Below are positions 1-13,587 of a stretch of DNA of 64,000 nucleotides, one piece after another. How positions within the stretch are numbered: the stretch's first letter is position 1; every line of letters starts with the position of its first letter. The stretch is from the human T2T-CHM13v2.0 reference genome, Homo sapiens. The notes below the pieces were generated by a model. It saw only the letters and a list, made by a program, of their open reading frames with translations. It ran no database searches and was not told the origin of the DNA. The stretch lies in NCBI RefSeq assembly GCF_009914755.1, contig NC_060945.1; one strand, given 5' to 3'. Both the position numbers and the translations under genes were made by a program.

Positions 1-194
1 AAAATAAATTGGATCTGCTGGCAATCTGGTTAACCTGCAATTTAGATTATGACAATGGTGTTCTTATTTTATGCATTTTCACATGCTCCAAATCTCCTTC
101 TGTATCCCTTTCTAAAATTTTGCTGAGAGTCCATCTTTTCTGACCAAAGGTGATTTGATTCTCCACTAAAGTAGTTATTAAAAATATCTCCTTG

Positions 195-594
195 TAGATA
201 AAGAAAAAGTGGTTCATGTATACCACTGGAATTCTACACAGCCATAAAAAAGAACAAAATTAGGTTATTTGCAGCAAAATGGATGCATATGGAGGCCATT
301 ATCCTAAGCAAGATAACATGGAAACAGAACCAAATACTGCATGTTCTCACTTATAAGCAGGAGCAAACTATTGGGTATTCATGGTAATAATGGTGGAAAG
401 GATAGTCACTGGGGACTACTAGAGGATGGAAAGAGGGTGAGAGGCAAGGGCCAAAAAACTATTTTTTGGGTCTTATGCCCACTACCTCGGTGAAAGATTG
501 ATTCATACTCCAAACCTCAACATCACTCAATATACCTTTGCAACTAACCTGCATGCATACCCCCAATTCTAAAATAAAAGTTGAAAAAAAAAAA
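195..594 (+). mobile_element. L1 3' end fragment (L1PA15/16 or L1PB4-like) with poly(A) tail
   Basis: L1 3'UTR motifs (gccataaaaaagaac, atgttctcacttataag, ctccaaacctcaacatcac) ending in aataaaagttg-A11. Confidence 0.85.
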
Positions 595-3199
595 GCTTAG
601 AAAAGAATTGAAGGAAATACAAAAATAAGTTACCATGACTACCTCTTGATGGTGAGTATGGGTAATTTTTGTTGGTTTATATTGACCCCCTATTTAGCAA
701 AATTCCTGAAATGATCACATTAATGGGAAAATATAGTTTTTCAGTTCCTAGAAAGGTTTGCTTGGTTTGTGTTTAAAAACAAATGATTCAATGGCTCTTT
801 TCACAGACTTGATGGTGATTTGGGAGAAAATCCAGAAATTGGTGACCTATCATGAGTTCATAATTAGGCGATTATTTCTGATAAACCATTTCAATAGCAT
901 TAAAATGCTAAGCTGAACTAAGATGTTCATGAAATGTATTCAAATAAACAAACCCAATTTAAATATGATTGTATAAAAATATCTTACTTGAATTGATAAT
1001 ATAAATGCAAAATTTGTGAATGTTTATTTATAGTTCCTGTAATTTGGGGAAATTAAAGTCACTTGGGAACAATGTTTACTTCACTAGCAACCAAAGGAGT
1101 ACAATTGAAAAATAATGACTTGAAAATATAAAAGTTAAAAAGGACTTCATTTCTTTTCACACAGTCTGAAAGAGTGAGTGCACAAGCTTTTCTCTGCCCA
1201 ACTCCTCTTTGTCCACAACGAATTTTCAGAATTCCTCCGTGTCTGTCTTATAATTTCATTCCTTGCTCATCTAAGCAAGTTGGTTCAGAAACCCTAAGAC
1301 TCTTATACCGTCAGTTGGGTTAGTTTAAAATAACCCCTATGAGCAGTTCAACACTGAATTGGCAATGCTTTGGAAAGCAGAGACCCTGTCAGCTAACCAG
1401 CCATCCTTTAAAATCAATTCATATTCTCACAGTCCCTGGGGATTGTTTCACAGAGCTAAAATTTCGCTGTTGGAACAGGGTTGCTTGAAGATAACAGGGA
1501 CACTTGAAGGTAAGGATGTCAATATTTTGCTGTTTCTGAATGTCATTCATTCACAGATGGCTTAAGACATTTCAATTAATTCAAAGATGGCATAAGAAAT
1601 TTGGATTTTCAAACTTTAGTTTTCTCATCTTAGAGTTTGAGGTAATTTTATTTGTCAGCTGCCAGAAAATAAAAAGAACGCGTAAGGTAGCAGACTAATA
1701 TCTACACTGACCTATTGTAAAACCAGAAGGACCCATTTATTCAGCAAGAGACTTCTTTACTGTGTCTAGTTCAGGTTCCCGGAAAGATGGGACAATTCGT
1801 AGTAACACTCATTCCTTCTGCTAAGTGTCATGAGATAGGTTTAGACATACGGTCTCATTTTGATGATGTTTTAAACTTTGTTTATTTTACATAACCTGTG
1901 ATAGAGCCAGTCAATGTAGGGGCCTAAACGTCGGTATAGCCTGTAATTTTGACAGATGCCCAGATTGTGGTATTGAGAAATAGGACAGATGTCCCGAGGG
2001 GCATATGTATAGAAATAGATGACATTTCACAGAGAATTTACTAATTTAATATAATGCTGAAACAACATGTGATAGTAGTTGAACCCATAATATAGAATAC
2101 ATTTGGGGAAATTTTTCTCACATATTTGACGTGGTGCCCAGAACTATATGATGTGAAGAGTAATTGTGTGTTTTATATGGGAACACATTAGTAAAACCTC
2201 ATGTAAATCAAAATCAATCCAGATGAAAAATAATTAATAATGGTGTTTACAAACTCAAATAATACCTGCACAAGGCAATGGTATAAACAAAGTTTACAAT
2301 GCCTCCAGATGGCAATATTTGAAAGATGATTTCGAGTTTTACACACAAATCGAGAATTTATTCATATAACATATGGAGCTAACTAAAATCCATATAATTC
2401 AAATTCGCTTACATTGTAACTAAATGGAATGGAAAAGGAGTTCCTGTTCATTTTACCACTTTCAGAATAGAAAATTCTGGATCTGGTGAAAATTGATCAT
2501 TTTCCTTTTGTTTTAATTCAAGGTATAGACCCGTGTCTAAAGACATGGTTAACTGTTTAAGGAGAATAGAAGATGAAGAAGGGTTAAATGACAAGCAAGT
2601 TTTAAAAGTCTGATATCAACTAATTTTTAGGCAAGGAAGATTTAAAAATTTCACTGTGATTTGAGTGAGAAGCCCCTGATTTCTTATATCACATTGTAAG
2701 TTTAAAGAGGTAGGAATAAAAACATCATGGCTAAATCACCTGAAATGACTTCAAATTTTCTACAAATGATAAACATATCCAATGTGATAATTATAATTCA
2801 AGGCCCATTTTAATCTGACCCTAAATTTTCTTTCCCATTCTAAAAATCAATAAGCTAATCAATAAGCTCATAACATCCTACAGATTCTGCACACACACAT
2901 GCACACACACACAGAGAAACACAGTCACTTCTTCAAACACATTGTTTTTTCATTTTTCTTCACCTTTCATCTATTTATTTATTTGAGTGCCCACCTCCAA
3001 GGTAAGAGGGTTATTGAGATAATTTTATAAATGTCATGGGGCTTGCCCTCATAAAGTCTATATTCCAGAAAGGAAGTTGATAAGAAACAACCAATGGTTC
3101 AATTATTTATTAAAATTAGTTTTGATCATTATCTCTCTATCCACTATTAATCTACCTATAATCTTCTTTGCTCTTTTCCATGTTTAATGAACTCTTAGA

Positions 3200-4302
3200 C
3201 TTTTCTTTTAACTTTTATTTTAAGTTCACGAGTACAAGTGCAGGTTTGGTACATTGGTAAATTTGTGTTGTGGTGGTTTATTGTACAGATTATTTCATCA
3301 CCCTGATATTAAGCCTAATACCCACTAGTTATTTTTCCTGATCCTCTCCCTCTACCCTCTACCCTGTGAAAAGCCCCAGTGGGTGTTGTTTCCCTCTGTG
3401 TCCATGTGTGCTCATCAGTTAGCTCCCACTTATAAGTGAGAACATGTGGTATTTGGTTTTCTGTCTCTACATTAGTTGGCTAAGAATAATGGCCTCCAGC
3501 TCCATAATGTCCCTAAAAAGGACATGATCTCACTCTTTTTATGGCTGCATAGTATTCCATGATGAATATGTACCATATTTTCTTTATCCAGTCTATCACT
3601 GATGGGCATTTAGATTGATTCCATGTCTTTGCTTTGTGAATAGTGCTGCAATGAAGATATGCATGCATGTGTCTTTATAATAGAGTAATTTATATTCCTT
3701 TGGGTATTGATAAGGTTTGGCTGTTACCCCACCCAAATCTCATCTTGAATTATAGCTCCCATAATTCCCATGTGGCATGAGAGGGACCCAGTGGAAGATA
3801 ATTGAATCATGGGGGCAGGTCTTTCCCATGCTGTTCTCCTGATAGTGAATAGATCTCATGAGATCTGATGGTTTTATAAATGGGAGTTGCCCTGCACAAG
3901 TTACAAGTTCTCTCTTGCCTGCCTCCATGTAAGATGTGACTTTGATCCTCATTCTCTTTCTGCCATGATTGTGAGGCCTCCCCAGCCATGTGGAACTGTG
4001 AGTCCATTAAACCTCTTTTCTTTATAATTTACCCAGTTTCAGATACATCTTTATTAACAGCATGAGAACAGACTAGTACCGGTAATGGGATTACTGGGTT
4101 GAGTGGTATTCCTTTCTTTAGGTCTTTGAAGAATCACCACCCTGTCTTCCACAATGGATGAACTAATTTACACTCCCACCAACTGTGTATAAGCATCCCT
4201 TTTTCTCTACAACCTTGCCAGCATCTTTCATTTTTTTATTTTTGATAATAGCCATTCTGACTGGTGTTAGTATCTCATTGTGGTTTTGATTTGCATTTCT
4301 CA
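3200..4302 (-). mobile_element. L1PA (about L1PA11-13) 3' end, interrupted by a THE1 solo LTR
   Basis: T-rich tail then gtacaagtgcaggttt, agctcccacttataagtgagaacatg, gatttgcatttctc; L1 sequence resumes at 4081. Confidence 0.85.
3708..4080 (+). mobile_element. THE1B/C-like MaLR solo LTR
   Basis: Starts tgataaggtttggctg...cacccaaatctcatcttgaatt, ends gagaacagactagtacc; flanks ggtat/ggtaa are a degenerate 5-bp TSD. Confidence 0.9.
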
Positions 4303-4681
4303 GAGTCTAAAATCTAGAATTAAAACTTTTAACTTGGTAAGCCTATGTTGAATGGCTACAGAGAACCTAGATAAGCAATTTTCATTTGCATTTTATCCAA
4401 AACAGGTGGCAAGAAGAAAAGTTTAAGAATTTCAGGTGGCTTGATTGGACTCTTCTTCATGGGCCCTGAGTCAAGGACCTTCTCTTCCAGTGAATTTAAG
4501 GGTTTTGTGGAACACTAGTCTTTCTTTATGAACTCTGTCCTCTTTTCTCATACGATTTATCTTTTCCATATATGGATGGAATAAAACTGCAGAAAATATA
4601 ATGAAATGGAAAACCATATATTTTTTAAAATAGAAATTTTTGAGTATTGACGTTCAAGGTTTTAATTCTAGATTAAAAAAT

Positions 4682-5628
4682 ACATTTTATTTACACACTC
4701 ATCAGTTAATGGGCGCTTGAATTATTTTCACTTTTGGTTTATTATGAATAATGCTACTATGAACATTAATGTAGAAGTATTTGTGTGAACAAATAGAACA
4801 GACATGGTCAGTTCTCTTGGGTATATTCCTACAAGTAGAATTTCTGGGTCATATGGCAGCTCTATGTTTGATTTTATGCAGAATTTCTAAACTGTTTTTC
4901 AAAGAAACTGTTTTACATTCTGAGAAGCAATGTATGAGAGTTCTAATTCTTTTACATCCTCAACAACACTTGTTATTATCTGTCTTTTTTATTATAGTTA
5001 TTCTGGTATTTGTGAAGTTTCATCTCATTATGATTGTGATTTGCATTTCCCTAATGGCTAATAACAGTCAGCATACTTTCGTGTGCCTGTTGGCCATTTG
5101 TATATCTTCCTTGGCGTAAAGTCTTTCAAATTACTTGCTCATTTTTTAATTATTTGTCTTTTGATTTTTTGGTTGTAACAGTTCCGTATATATTATGCAT
5201 AAGTCCTTATCAGATACACAATGTGAAAATATTTTAGTCCTGCTATACTTGGTTTTCCCCTTTATAAGTGGTGTATTTTGTAGATCAAAAGCCTTTAATT
5301 TTAATGAAGTCCAATTTAACAATATTTTTCTTGTGTTGCTTGTGTTTTAAGTGTCATATTGTTTGTTAAGTGTCATAGGTTTTTTAATATGAATGAGTGT
5401 GGGATTTTCTCCAAAGATTTTTCTACAACCATTGTCATGATTATCCTTTTTGATCCTTTATTTTATTAATATAAATATTTTATTAATTGATTCTCCATTG
5501 TTGAAGCGTATCTGGGATAAATCCTACTTGGTCATGCTGTGTAATCCTATTTAAAGTTACTGGGTTTAGTTTGCTAGTATTTGAGGGTTTTTTCTGTTTG
5601 CTTTGTATTTATAAGGAATATCAGACAG
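4682..5628 (-). mobile_element. Old L1M (MB/MC/MD-type) fragment; host of the 5629-10495 insertion
   Basis: Antisense L1 motifs (ttattatgaataatgctactatgaacatt, gatttgcatttccctaatggcta); continues at about 10500. Confidence 0.75.
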
Positions 5629-7190
5629 TTTTTTTCAACATTTATTTTAGATTCATGGGGCATATGTGCTGCTTTGTTACTTGGATATATTGTCTGATGT
5701 TAAGGTTTGGGGTATAAGTGATCCCATTTACCAAGGTACTACACATAGTACACAAAAGCAGGTTTTTCAACCCTTGCCTCTACTCCTCCTTCACTCCACC
5801 TGCTAGCTGTACCCAGTGTCTATTTTTGCCATCTTTACGTTTATGAGTATCTAATATTTAGCTCCAATTTATAATTGAGAAAAGACTGTATTTGGTTTTC
5901 TGTTACTGCATTAATCTGCTTAGGATAATGGCCTCCAGCTACATCTGTGTTGCTGCAAAGGACATGATTTTGTTATTTTTATGGCTGTGTAGTGTTCCAT
6001 CATGTATATGTGCCATGTTTTCTTTATCCATTCCACCATTAGTGGGCACCTAGGTTGATTTCATGGCTGCTATTGTGAATAGGACTGCGAGGAACATATG
6101 AGAGCCTATGTATTATTGCTAAAACAATTTGTTTTCTTTTGGATACATAACCAGTAATGGGATTGCTGGGTCAAATCGTAATTCCCTTTTAAAGTCTTTA
6201 AAAAATCTCCAAACTACTTTCCATAGTGGCTGAACTAATTTAGATTTCCACTGAAAGTGTGCAAGCATTCCCTTTTCTCCATAGCCTTGCCAGCATCTGT
6301 TATTTTTTGATGTTTTAATAATACCCATTCTGACTGATGTGAGATGGAACCTCATTGTAGTGATTTGCATTTCTCTGATGATTAGTGATGAGAATTTTTT
6401 ATATGTTTGTAAACCACTTTTATGTCTTCTTCTGAGAGGTGTCTATTCATGTCTTTTGTTCATTTGTATTCATTGTTTTATGCTTATTAATTGGTTTAAT
6501 TTTCTTATAGATTTGGGGTATTGGGACCTTTGTTGGAAGTGTAGTTTGTGAGTATTTTATCTCATTCTGTAGGTTGCCTGTTTTCTCTGTTGATAATTTC
6601 TTTTACTGTGCAGAGCTCTTTAATTTAATTAGATCCCACTTGTCAATTTTTGTTTTGGTTGCAATTGCTTTTGAGGACTTAGTCATAAATTATTTCCCAA
6701 GGCCAATGTCCAGAATGGTGTTTCCTAGGATTCTTGTAGTTTGAGGTCTTATGTTTAAATCTTTAATCCAACCTCAGATAATTTTTTTATATGGTGAAAG
6801 GTGGGGTTGAGTTTCATTCTTCTACATATCGCTACCCAACTAGCCCAGCACCATTTATTGAATAGGGAGTAGTCTTTTCCCTGTTGGTTATTTTTCTTAA
6901 CTTTGTTAAAGATCAGATATCTGTAGGTGTGCAGCTTTATTTCTGGGTTCTCTGTTCCGTTCCATTGGTCTATGTGTTTTTGTACCAATACCATGCTGTT
7001 CTGGCACCAGCACCATGCTATTTTGGTTACTGTCACCTGATAGTATATTTTGAAGTCAGCAAACATGATGCCTCTGGCTTTGTTCTTTGTGATTAAGATT
7101 ACTTTGGCTATTTTGGCTGTTTGGAGTTTCATATGAATTATTAGTTTTTTTCTGGTTTTATAGAAGAAAAATAAACGACATGGTAGTTTG
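5629..7190 (-). mobile_element. L1PA15/16-like 3' UTR and ORF2 C-terminal remnant
   Basis: Antisense L1 3' end; ORF track gives ORF2 remnants ([29 protein letters not shown]). Confidence 0.85.
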
Positions 7191-9015
7191 GAACTTCCTA
7201 GAGACTTATTGAATGGCTCTGACCAAAATACTAATAGTGATATGGACAATAAAGTCCAGGCTGAAGTGGTCTCAGATGGAGATGAGGAACTTGTTGGGAA
7301 CTGAAGCAAAGGTGACTCTTGTTATACTTTAGCAAAGAGACTGGCAGCATTTTTCCCCTGCCCTAAAGATTTGTGGAACTTTGAACTTGAGAGAGATGAT
7401 TTAGGGCATCTGGTGCAATAAATTTCTAAGGAGCAAAGCATTCAAGAAGTGACTTGGGTACTGTTAAAAACATTCAGTTTTATTTATTCAGAAAGGTAGG
7501 ATTTGGAGTTGAAATTTATGTTTAAAAGGGAAGCAGATCATAAAAGTTTGGTAAATTTGTAGCCTGATGATGTGATAGAAAAGAAAAACCCATTTTCTGA
7601 GGAGAAATTCAAGCTGGCTGTAGAAATTTGCATAAGTAATAAGGAGCCAAATGTTAATCATGAAGACAATGGGGAAAATGTCTCCAGGGCATGTCAGAGG
7701 TCTTTATGGCAGCCCCTCCCATCACAGGCCCAGAGGCCTAGGAGGAAAAAATGGTTTCATAGGTTGGGTCCAGGGCCTTGCTGCTTTGAACACTCTCCAA
7801 ACTTGCTCCCCTGCATCCCAGCCATGGCTAAGAGGAGCCAGTGTATGTAGATCAGGTCATTGCTTCAGAGGGTGCAAGTCTCAAGCCTTGGCAGCTTACA
7901 TGTGGCTTTGGGCCTCCAGGTACACAGAAATCAAGAATTGAGGTTTGAGAACCTCCACATAGATTTCAGAGGATTTGTGGAAATGTCTGGATGTCCAGGC
8001 AGAGGTGTGCTGCAGGGGCAGAGTCCTCATGGAAAACCTCATGTTAGCGCAGAGTGGAAGGGAAATGTGGAGTCAAGCACCCTCTGGGGCACTGCCTGGT
8101 GGAGCTGTGAGAAGAGGGCCACCATCATCTGGACTCCAAAATGGTAGATCCACTGACAACGTGCACCATGCACCTGGAAAAACTGCAGACACTCAATGCC
8201 AGCTCATGAAAGCAGCCAGAAGGGGAGCTGTACCCTGTAAAGACACAGGGGCAGAGCTGCCTAAGGTCATGGGCGCCTACCTCTTGCATCAGTGAGACCT
8301 CGATGTGAGACATGGAGAAAAAAGGATCATTTTGGAGCTTTAAGATTTGACTGCTCTGCTGGATTTTGGATTTCTATGGGGCCTGTAGCCCCTTCATTTT
8401 GCCAATTTTTCCCATCTGGAATAGCTGTATTTACACAATGCCTGTATCTCCATTGTATCTAGGAAGTAACTAACTTGCTTTTGATTTTACAGGCTCATAG
8501 GCAGAAGGGACTTGCCTTGTCTTAGATGAGACTTTGGACTGTGGACTTTTGAGTTAATGCTGAAATGAGTTAAGATTTTGGAGGACTGTTGGGAAAGCAT
8601 GATTGGTTTTGAAATGTGAGGATGAGATTTGGGAGGGGCCACGGGTGGAATATTATTTGCTGTGTCCCCACTCAAATCTCATCCAGAATTTTAGCTCTCA
8701 CAATCCCCATGTGTTGTGGGAGGGGCCCAGTGGGAAGTAATTGAATCTTAGAAGTGGGTCTTTCCCATGCTGTTCTTGTGATAGTAAATAAGTCTCATGA
8801 CTCATGAGATCTGATGGTTTGATAAAGGGGAGTTCCCCTGCACACACTCTTTCTTGCCTGCTGCCATGTAAGACGTGTTTGCTTCCCCTTTGCTTTCCAC
8901 CATGATTGTGAGGCCTCCCCAGCCATGTGGATTTGTGAGTCAATTAAAACTTTCCTTTATAAATTACCCAATCCCAAGTATGTCTTTATTAGCAGCCTGA
9001 GAACAGACTAATACA
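7185..9015 (+). mobile_element. THE1C-like MaLR: internal region plus 3' LTR (8651-9015); 5' LTR deleted
   Basis: THE1-int from agtttggaacttcctagagac through the polypurine tract gatttgggagggg; LTR ends agactaataca. Confidence 0.9.
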
Positions 9016-10495
9016 ACAGGATTGTGGGAAGTTCTCCAGGCATTCAGAGCACCCACCTTCCTGAATTAGGAGTAGGGAAACCAACTGCACCAAGATCTTT
9101 GCACAGAAGAGGTGGGGTGATTCAGGCTGCTGAACCAGGCAAGCAGAAGCTTTGAATGCCTGGAGATCTACCTGAGCATGTAGCAGCAAAGGCCCCTGCA
9201 CCAAGACCTCTGGCCAGGAAGGGTGGGGCATATCAAGCTGCTGATCCAGGCAAGTTGGTGCTCTGAATGTCTGGAGGTCTGCCTGAGTGTGGAGTAGAGA
9301 GGGCCATTCTGTATCATGATCTACGTCCAGGAAGGTTGGGTGGCTCAGGCTGCTGAACCAGAAGAACAGGTGCTTTAACTGCCTGGAGATCTGCCCAGGC
9401 ATAAAGCAGAGAAGGCCTCCCTGCACCGTAGCTCTGAACAGAAAGAATAGTGGTGAGTCAGGCTGCTGATTCAAGTGAGTAAATGTCTGGAGGCCTGCCT
9501 GGTTATGGAGCAGAGAAAGCCCCACTGCACCAGGATCTCTGTACAGGAAGGGTGGAGCAGGTTAGGCTCTGAACCCAGTGAACAGATGCTCCTAATGCCT
9601 GGAGATCTGCCTTGGCATAAAGTGTAGGGGGCTGCTCTGCACCACAATCTATGTTCATGAAGAGTTGAGTGGCTAAGGCTGCTAGTCCAGGAAAGCAGCT
9701 GCGCCAAATGCCTGAATTTTTGCCTGGGGTTTGAGCAGAGGACCTCACTGCACTATTATCTTGGTAGGGCAGATGGAGACACCTAGAAATGGCACACACA
9801 GACCAATTCCAGGTCACTAGGCTGGCCTTGGCTGCAAATCTCACCACCCAGAAGAAACTGCAGCTGTAGCAGCACTCCTCCTGCCCCAGGCTTGTGACAA
9901 GGGAAAGCACAATTTCAGTGTCCACTCTGGATGTGCTTTCCATAGCTCTGGTGGTGGAGGCCCTTATCCCACTCTAGAGCAGGCCCCCCCCCCCAATCTC
10001 TGGTTCAAGAATAAAATTCCTGAGTGGTCATGCTGCCAAGTTGCCAAAGAATGCCTGACTTTGTATGCCTGGATTAAAAATGTTATCCTGTTCTTGGTCC
10101 CAGGTCTGGGAAAATGTCTGCAGCTTTTCCCAGTGTCTTTCCCTCACAACATCTCCAAGCCTCTCCCCATGCTGGCTCTAGGGCTTGGGAGAAAGACAGT
10201 GCTGTTTCTCGACCTGGGTCGCTTGAGTTCCCAATGGAAAAATGAGTCACATAGGGAGGCTCTCTGCCTCTCTCGTATCCTCCTGGAGCTTCAATCACTT
10301 TTACCAGGCAGATACCATCATGGAGACTGTCTGTCAGTGTTCTTTCTCCTCCACAGGATCTGGAGTGCCCTTCACAATTCTGATGATTTCCCATTTTCTT
10401 CTTGAATTAAAGCTCACAGAGTTGATCTTTATGCACTACTTACTACTTCCAAGTGGCTGAGGCATCATAAAAGCCTCTAATCTGCCACCTTGGGA
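9016..10495 (-). mobile_element. L1PA15/16-type 5' UTR, likely the same element as 5629-7190
   Basis: GC-richer segment ending in gccaccttggg (antisense of the ccaagatggc-type L1 start); host L1M resumes after it. Confidence 0.65.
9085..9753. repeat. Diverged ~111-bp tandem monomer array, about 6 units
   Basis: ctgcac-type anchors at 9085, 9196, 9309, 9421, 9525, 9637 and 9748 (periods 111, 113, 112, 104, 112, 111); recurring aggctgctga and tgcctggagatct. Confidence 0.9.
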
Positions 10496-10499
10496 AAAA

Positions 10500-13400
10500 C
10501 AAATAGGGATTCTTAATTTGTTTTACTTGTGACGTATTTGTCTGGTTTTACTAGTCTTATAAAAAGAGTTGGAAAATAATCCCTCCTTTTCTATTTTTTG
10601 AGTGTGTTTGTGAAGAATTAGTGTAAACTCTTCTAAACATTTGGTAGAATGTATCAGTAAAGCCATCTATTCTAGGGATTATGTGTGTATTGGTGGAGGG
10701 AAGTTTTATATTGCCTACTTTATTTCTTCCTTCATGTATTTTGGGATTCTCTTGATAGGGGCATATGTGCTTACTGTTATGTTTTCTTGATGTATTAATC
10801 CTTTCTATCATTGTAAAATGCTCTTTCTCGCTAATCACAATTTATCTCTTGAAGTTTGTTTTGTGTGTTATTATGACCAGGTCTCTTTTGATTACTGTTT
10901 GAATGATTTATCTTATTCAGTCATTTGTATTCAAACTGTTTGTGTCTTTGAATATAAAGTGTGCCTGCTGAATAAAACAGATAGTTGGATTATGTTTTTT
11001 CTAAACCCATCTGCAAACTCTATTTTAAATGGAGTTTTTAATCTATATACATTTAATGTAATTACTGATACATAGAATTTATGTTTGCCAGTTTACCAGT
11101 TGTTTTCTATATGTCTTCTGCTTTTTTATTTCTCTATTTTTCTAAGATTGCCTTTTCTTTAGTCAATAGATATTTTTAATGCACTGTATTAATCCCCTTA
11201 TCACTGATTTTATTATATTTTATAAGTTATTTTCTTAGGGTTGCCTGATGGGCTACAAGTAGTATCTTAATTTTTAAAAATCTAGTTAGATTTACCATCA
11301 ACTTAATTTTAATAGCATACAAAAATTTTGATTCTAAATAGCATTGTTCTCTCCTTCTTCCTTTGTTGTATTACTATACATATTACATCTTTATTCATTG
11401 TATGCCAATCGGTACATTACTTATAACCATTGCTTTATGCAGTTTATTTTTGAATCAGGTAGGAGAAAAGAAAATAGTTACAAAGAATACATTTACATTC
11501 TCTTTCATATATTTCTAATTTTTGCTTTTTCTATTGTTCTGCATTTGTTTATATGGACTCTAGATATTGTCAAGTGTAATTTTATTTCATATTGAAATAC
11601 CTCTTTTAATATTTCTTGCATGGAAACTTTGCTAGTAGGAGATTCTGTCAGTTTTGGTTTCAGAGAATAAGTGAGAATATTTTCACTTCTTTTTCATTTT
11701 TGAAGTATAGTTTTGTTGGTTATGAAATTAATCGTTGATAGTCATTTACTTCCAAAACTTTAAAAATGTCATCTCACTGCCTCTGGTTTCCATGGTTTCT
11801 AATGAAAAATCAGTGAAAAATTATTCAGACTCTTTTGCACATGATGAATTGCTCCTCTCTTGTTGTTTTCAAGATTCTTTCTTTGTCATTTTCTTTTGAT
11901 TGTTTAATTATAATTTTTTAAAAATGTGAATCTCTTTGAGTTTATCCTACTTGGGAGTCATAGATCTTCTTGGATGTGCAAGTTAGTATTCTTTATCAAA
12001 TTTTGGAAGTTTTTAAGTATGTTTTGTATTGCTCTTCATATATTTTTATGCCCCATTTCTCTTCTGTTCCCTCTCCTTTTGGGACTTCCATTATACATGT
12101 TTTGCTATGCTTGATGGTATCTCTGAGTCAGTCTATTTGTCTTTATTTCTTTTTCTTTCTGTTTCTTGCATTAGATAATCTCATTGACCTATATTTAAGT
12201 TAGCTAACTCTTTTCCCTGCTTGCTAAAATCTGCTGTTAAGTCACTCCAGTACATTTTTATACAGTTATTATACATTTTAATTCTATAATTAATATATAT
12301 TTATACAATTGCTTATTTGTATTATTTATTTGGTGAGACATTTATTCTCAAATGTTCCTTTAGATTTTTAGGAATAGCTTATTTTAGTTATTAAACAAAT
12401 TTTCATCATGGTGGATTTAAAAACCTTTGTCTACTAAGCCAAACACCTGAGATTTCTCATGGACAGTTTTATCGATTGCGTGTTTTCCTGTGTATGAGCC
12501 ATATTGTCTTACTTTTTGTATGCCTTATAAGTTTTTGTTGAAAACTGAACATTTTAAATAATAAAAATGTGACAACTCTGAAAATTATATTTTACTCCCT
12601 TCAAATTTTGTTGATTTTGCTATTTGTTTTTGTTGTCATTTGTTTCTTTAGTGAATTTTCTGAACTAATTGTCTAAAGTTTTTGTTTTTTATCATGTTTG
12701 AACACTGAAGTCTCTGTTTGCTTAACTTACTAGTCAGTGAAAGAATAGACAGAAATTTCATTAAAGACCTGGAACCCGTAACTCTTCCAGTCTCTGCTGA
12801 GTGGCTCTGTGTGCATTTTAGGCCACACTTTTAACACCCAGCTGGTTGGTTGACAACTCTGCCTTAGTCTTCACATTCTGCTTTCCCATAGCTTCATGGT
12901 CATCTGGAGGTGAAAGCTTAGGGCCTTCTCATATTTTTCTTGAGAATAAGCATTGTGCTTAGAATGTGCACAATCATACATGTGTGTGACCTTTTATAGT
13001 GCCAATAATATGTCAGAAGTCTCCGGAACTCCTATGTACATTTCCTAGCTTTTTAAGTTTTCCAGCTACCGTATTATTTGCCCTAACTGTTATCTACCAC
13101 TTCATTCTACCATGATTTAAAGAATTTGCCTTTCAATATTTTCAATAAGTATGCTAGTTAAAAAGACTTTCATGGGCCAGCTACAAATGAGGTCAAATAA
13201 AGACAGTTTTATAAGTGGTATCTTGCAGTAAGCCACGTTCCAGGTCAAACAATAATTCTCAGGGAACTAAGCTGAAGGCTGCCAGGCTGCTAGTAGTCAG
13301 CGACTGAGGGATATTTGTTTTCAGGGTAACTGTAGAACTTGAGACAGGGTGATGAGAATAGGCAGCTTAAAATACCACAAAGCTTACAGCTCTTACCATA

Positions 13401-13587
13401 ATTTAGCCTTTCTCTTTTGTTTTTTTGTTTATTAAATAAATTATTTTCAGATTCCTCAAAGTATTTGGCTAATTTCCAGAGTTTTAAAAGAGCTGATTCT
13501 GATTATTTTTGCACATTTTTAATTGTTTATATGGAGGAGATAATTTGCATATGCCCTCACATCATCATTTGTATTGCTATCACTCTT
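10500..13587 (-). mobile_element. Old L1M (MC/MD-type) ORF2/ORF1 remnants and 5' end
   Basis: aaacatttggtagaatgtatcagtaaagccatc; ORF1-like antisense region; 5'-end motif atggaggag...gccctcacatcatcattt near 13530-13585. Confidence 0.7.

Noticed and set aside
600-3190. Unique-looking region with a 68-aa ORF (1359-1565)
   Set aside because: Non-ATG start, no recognisable homology and no convincing splice structure.
8989-9943. Repetitive ORFs and CRISPR-like periodicity
   Set aside because: Contiguous diverged monomers without spacers, within an L1 5' UTR in eukaryotic DNA.
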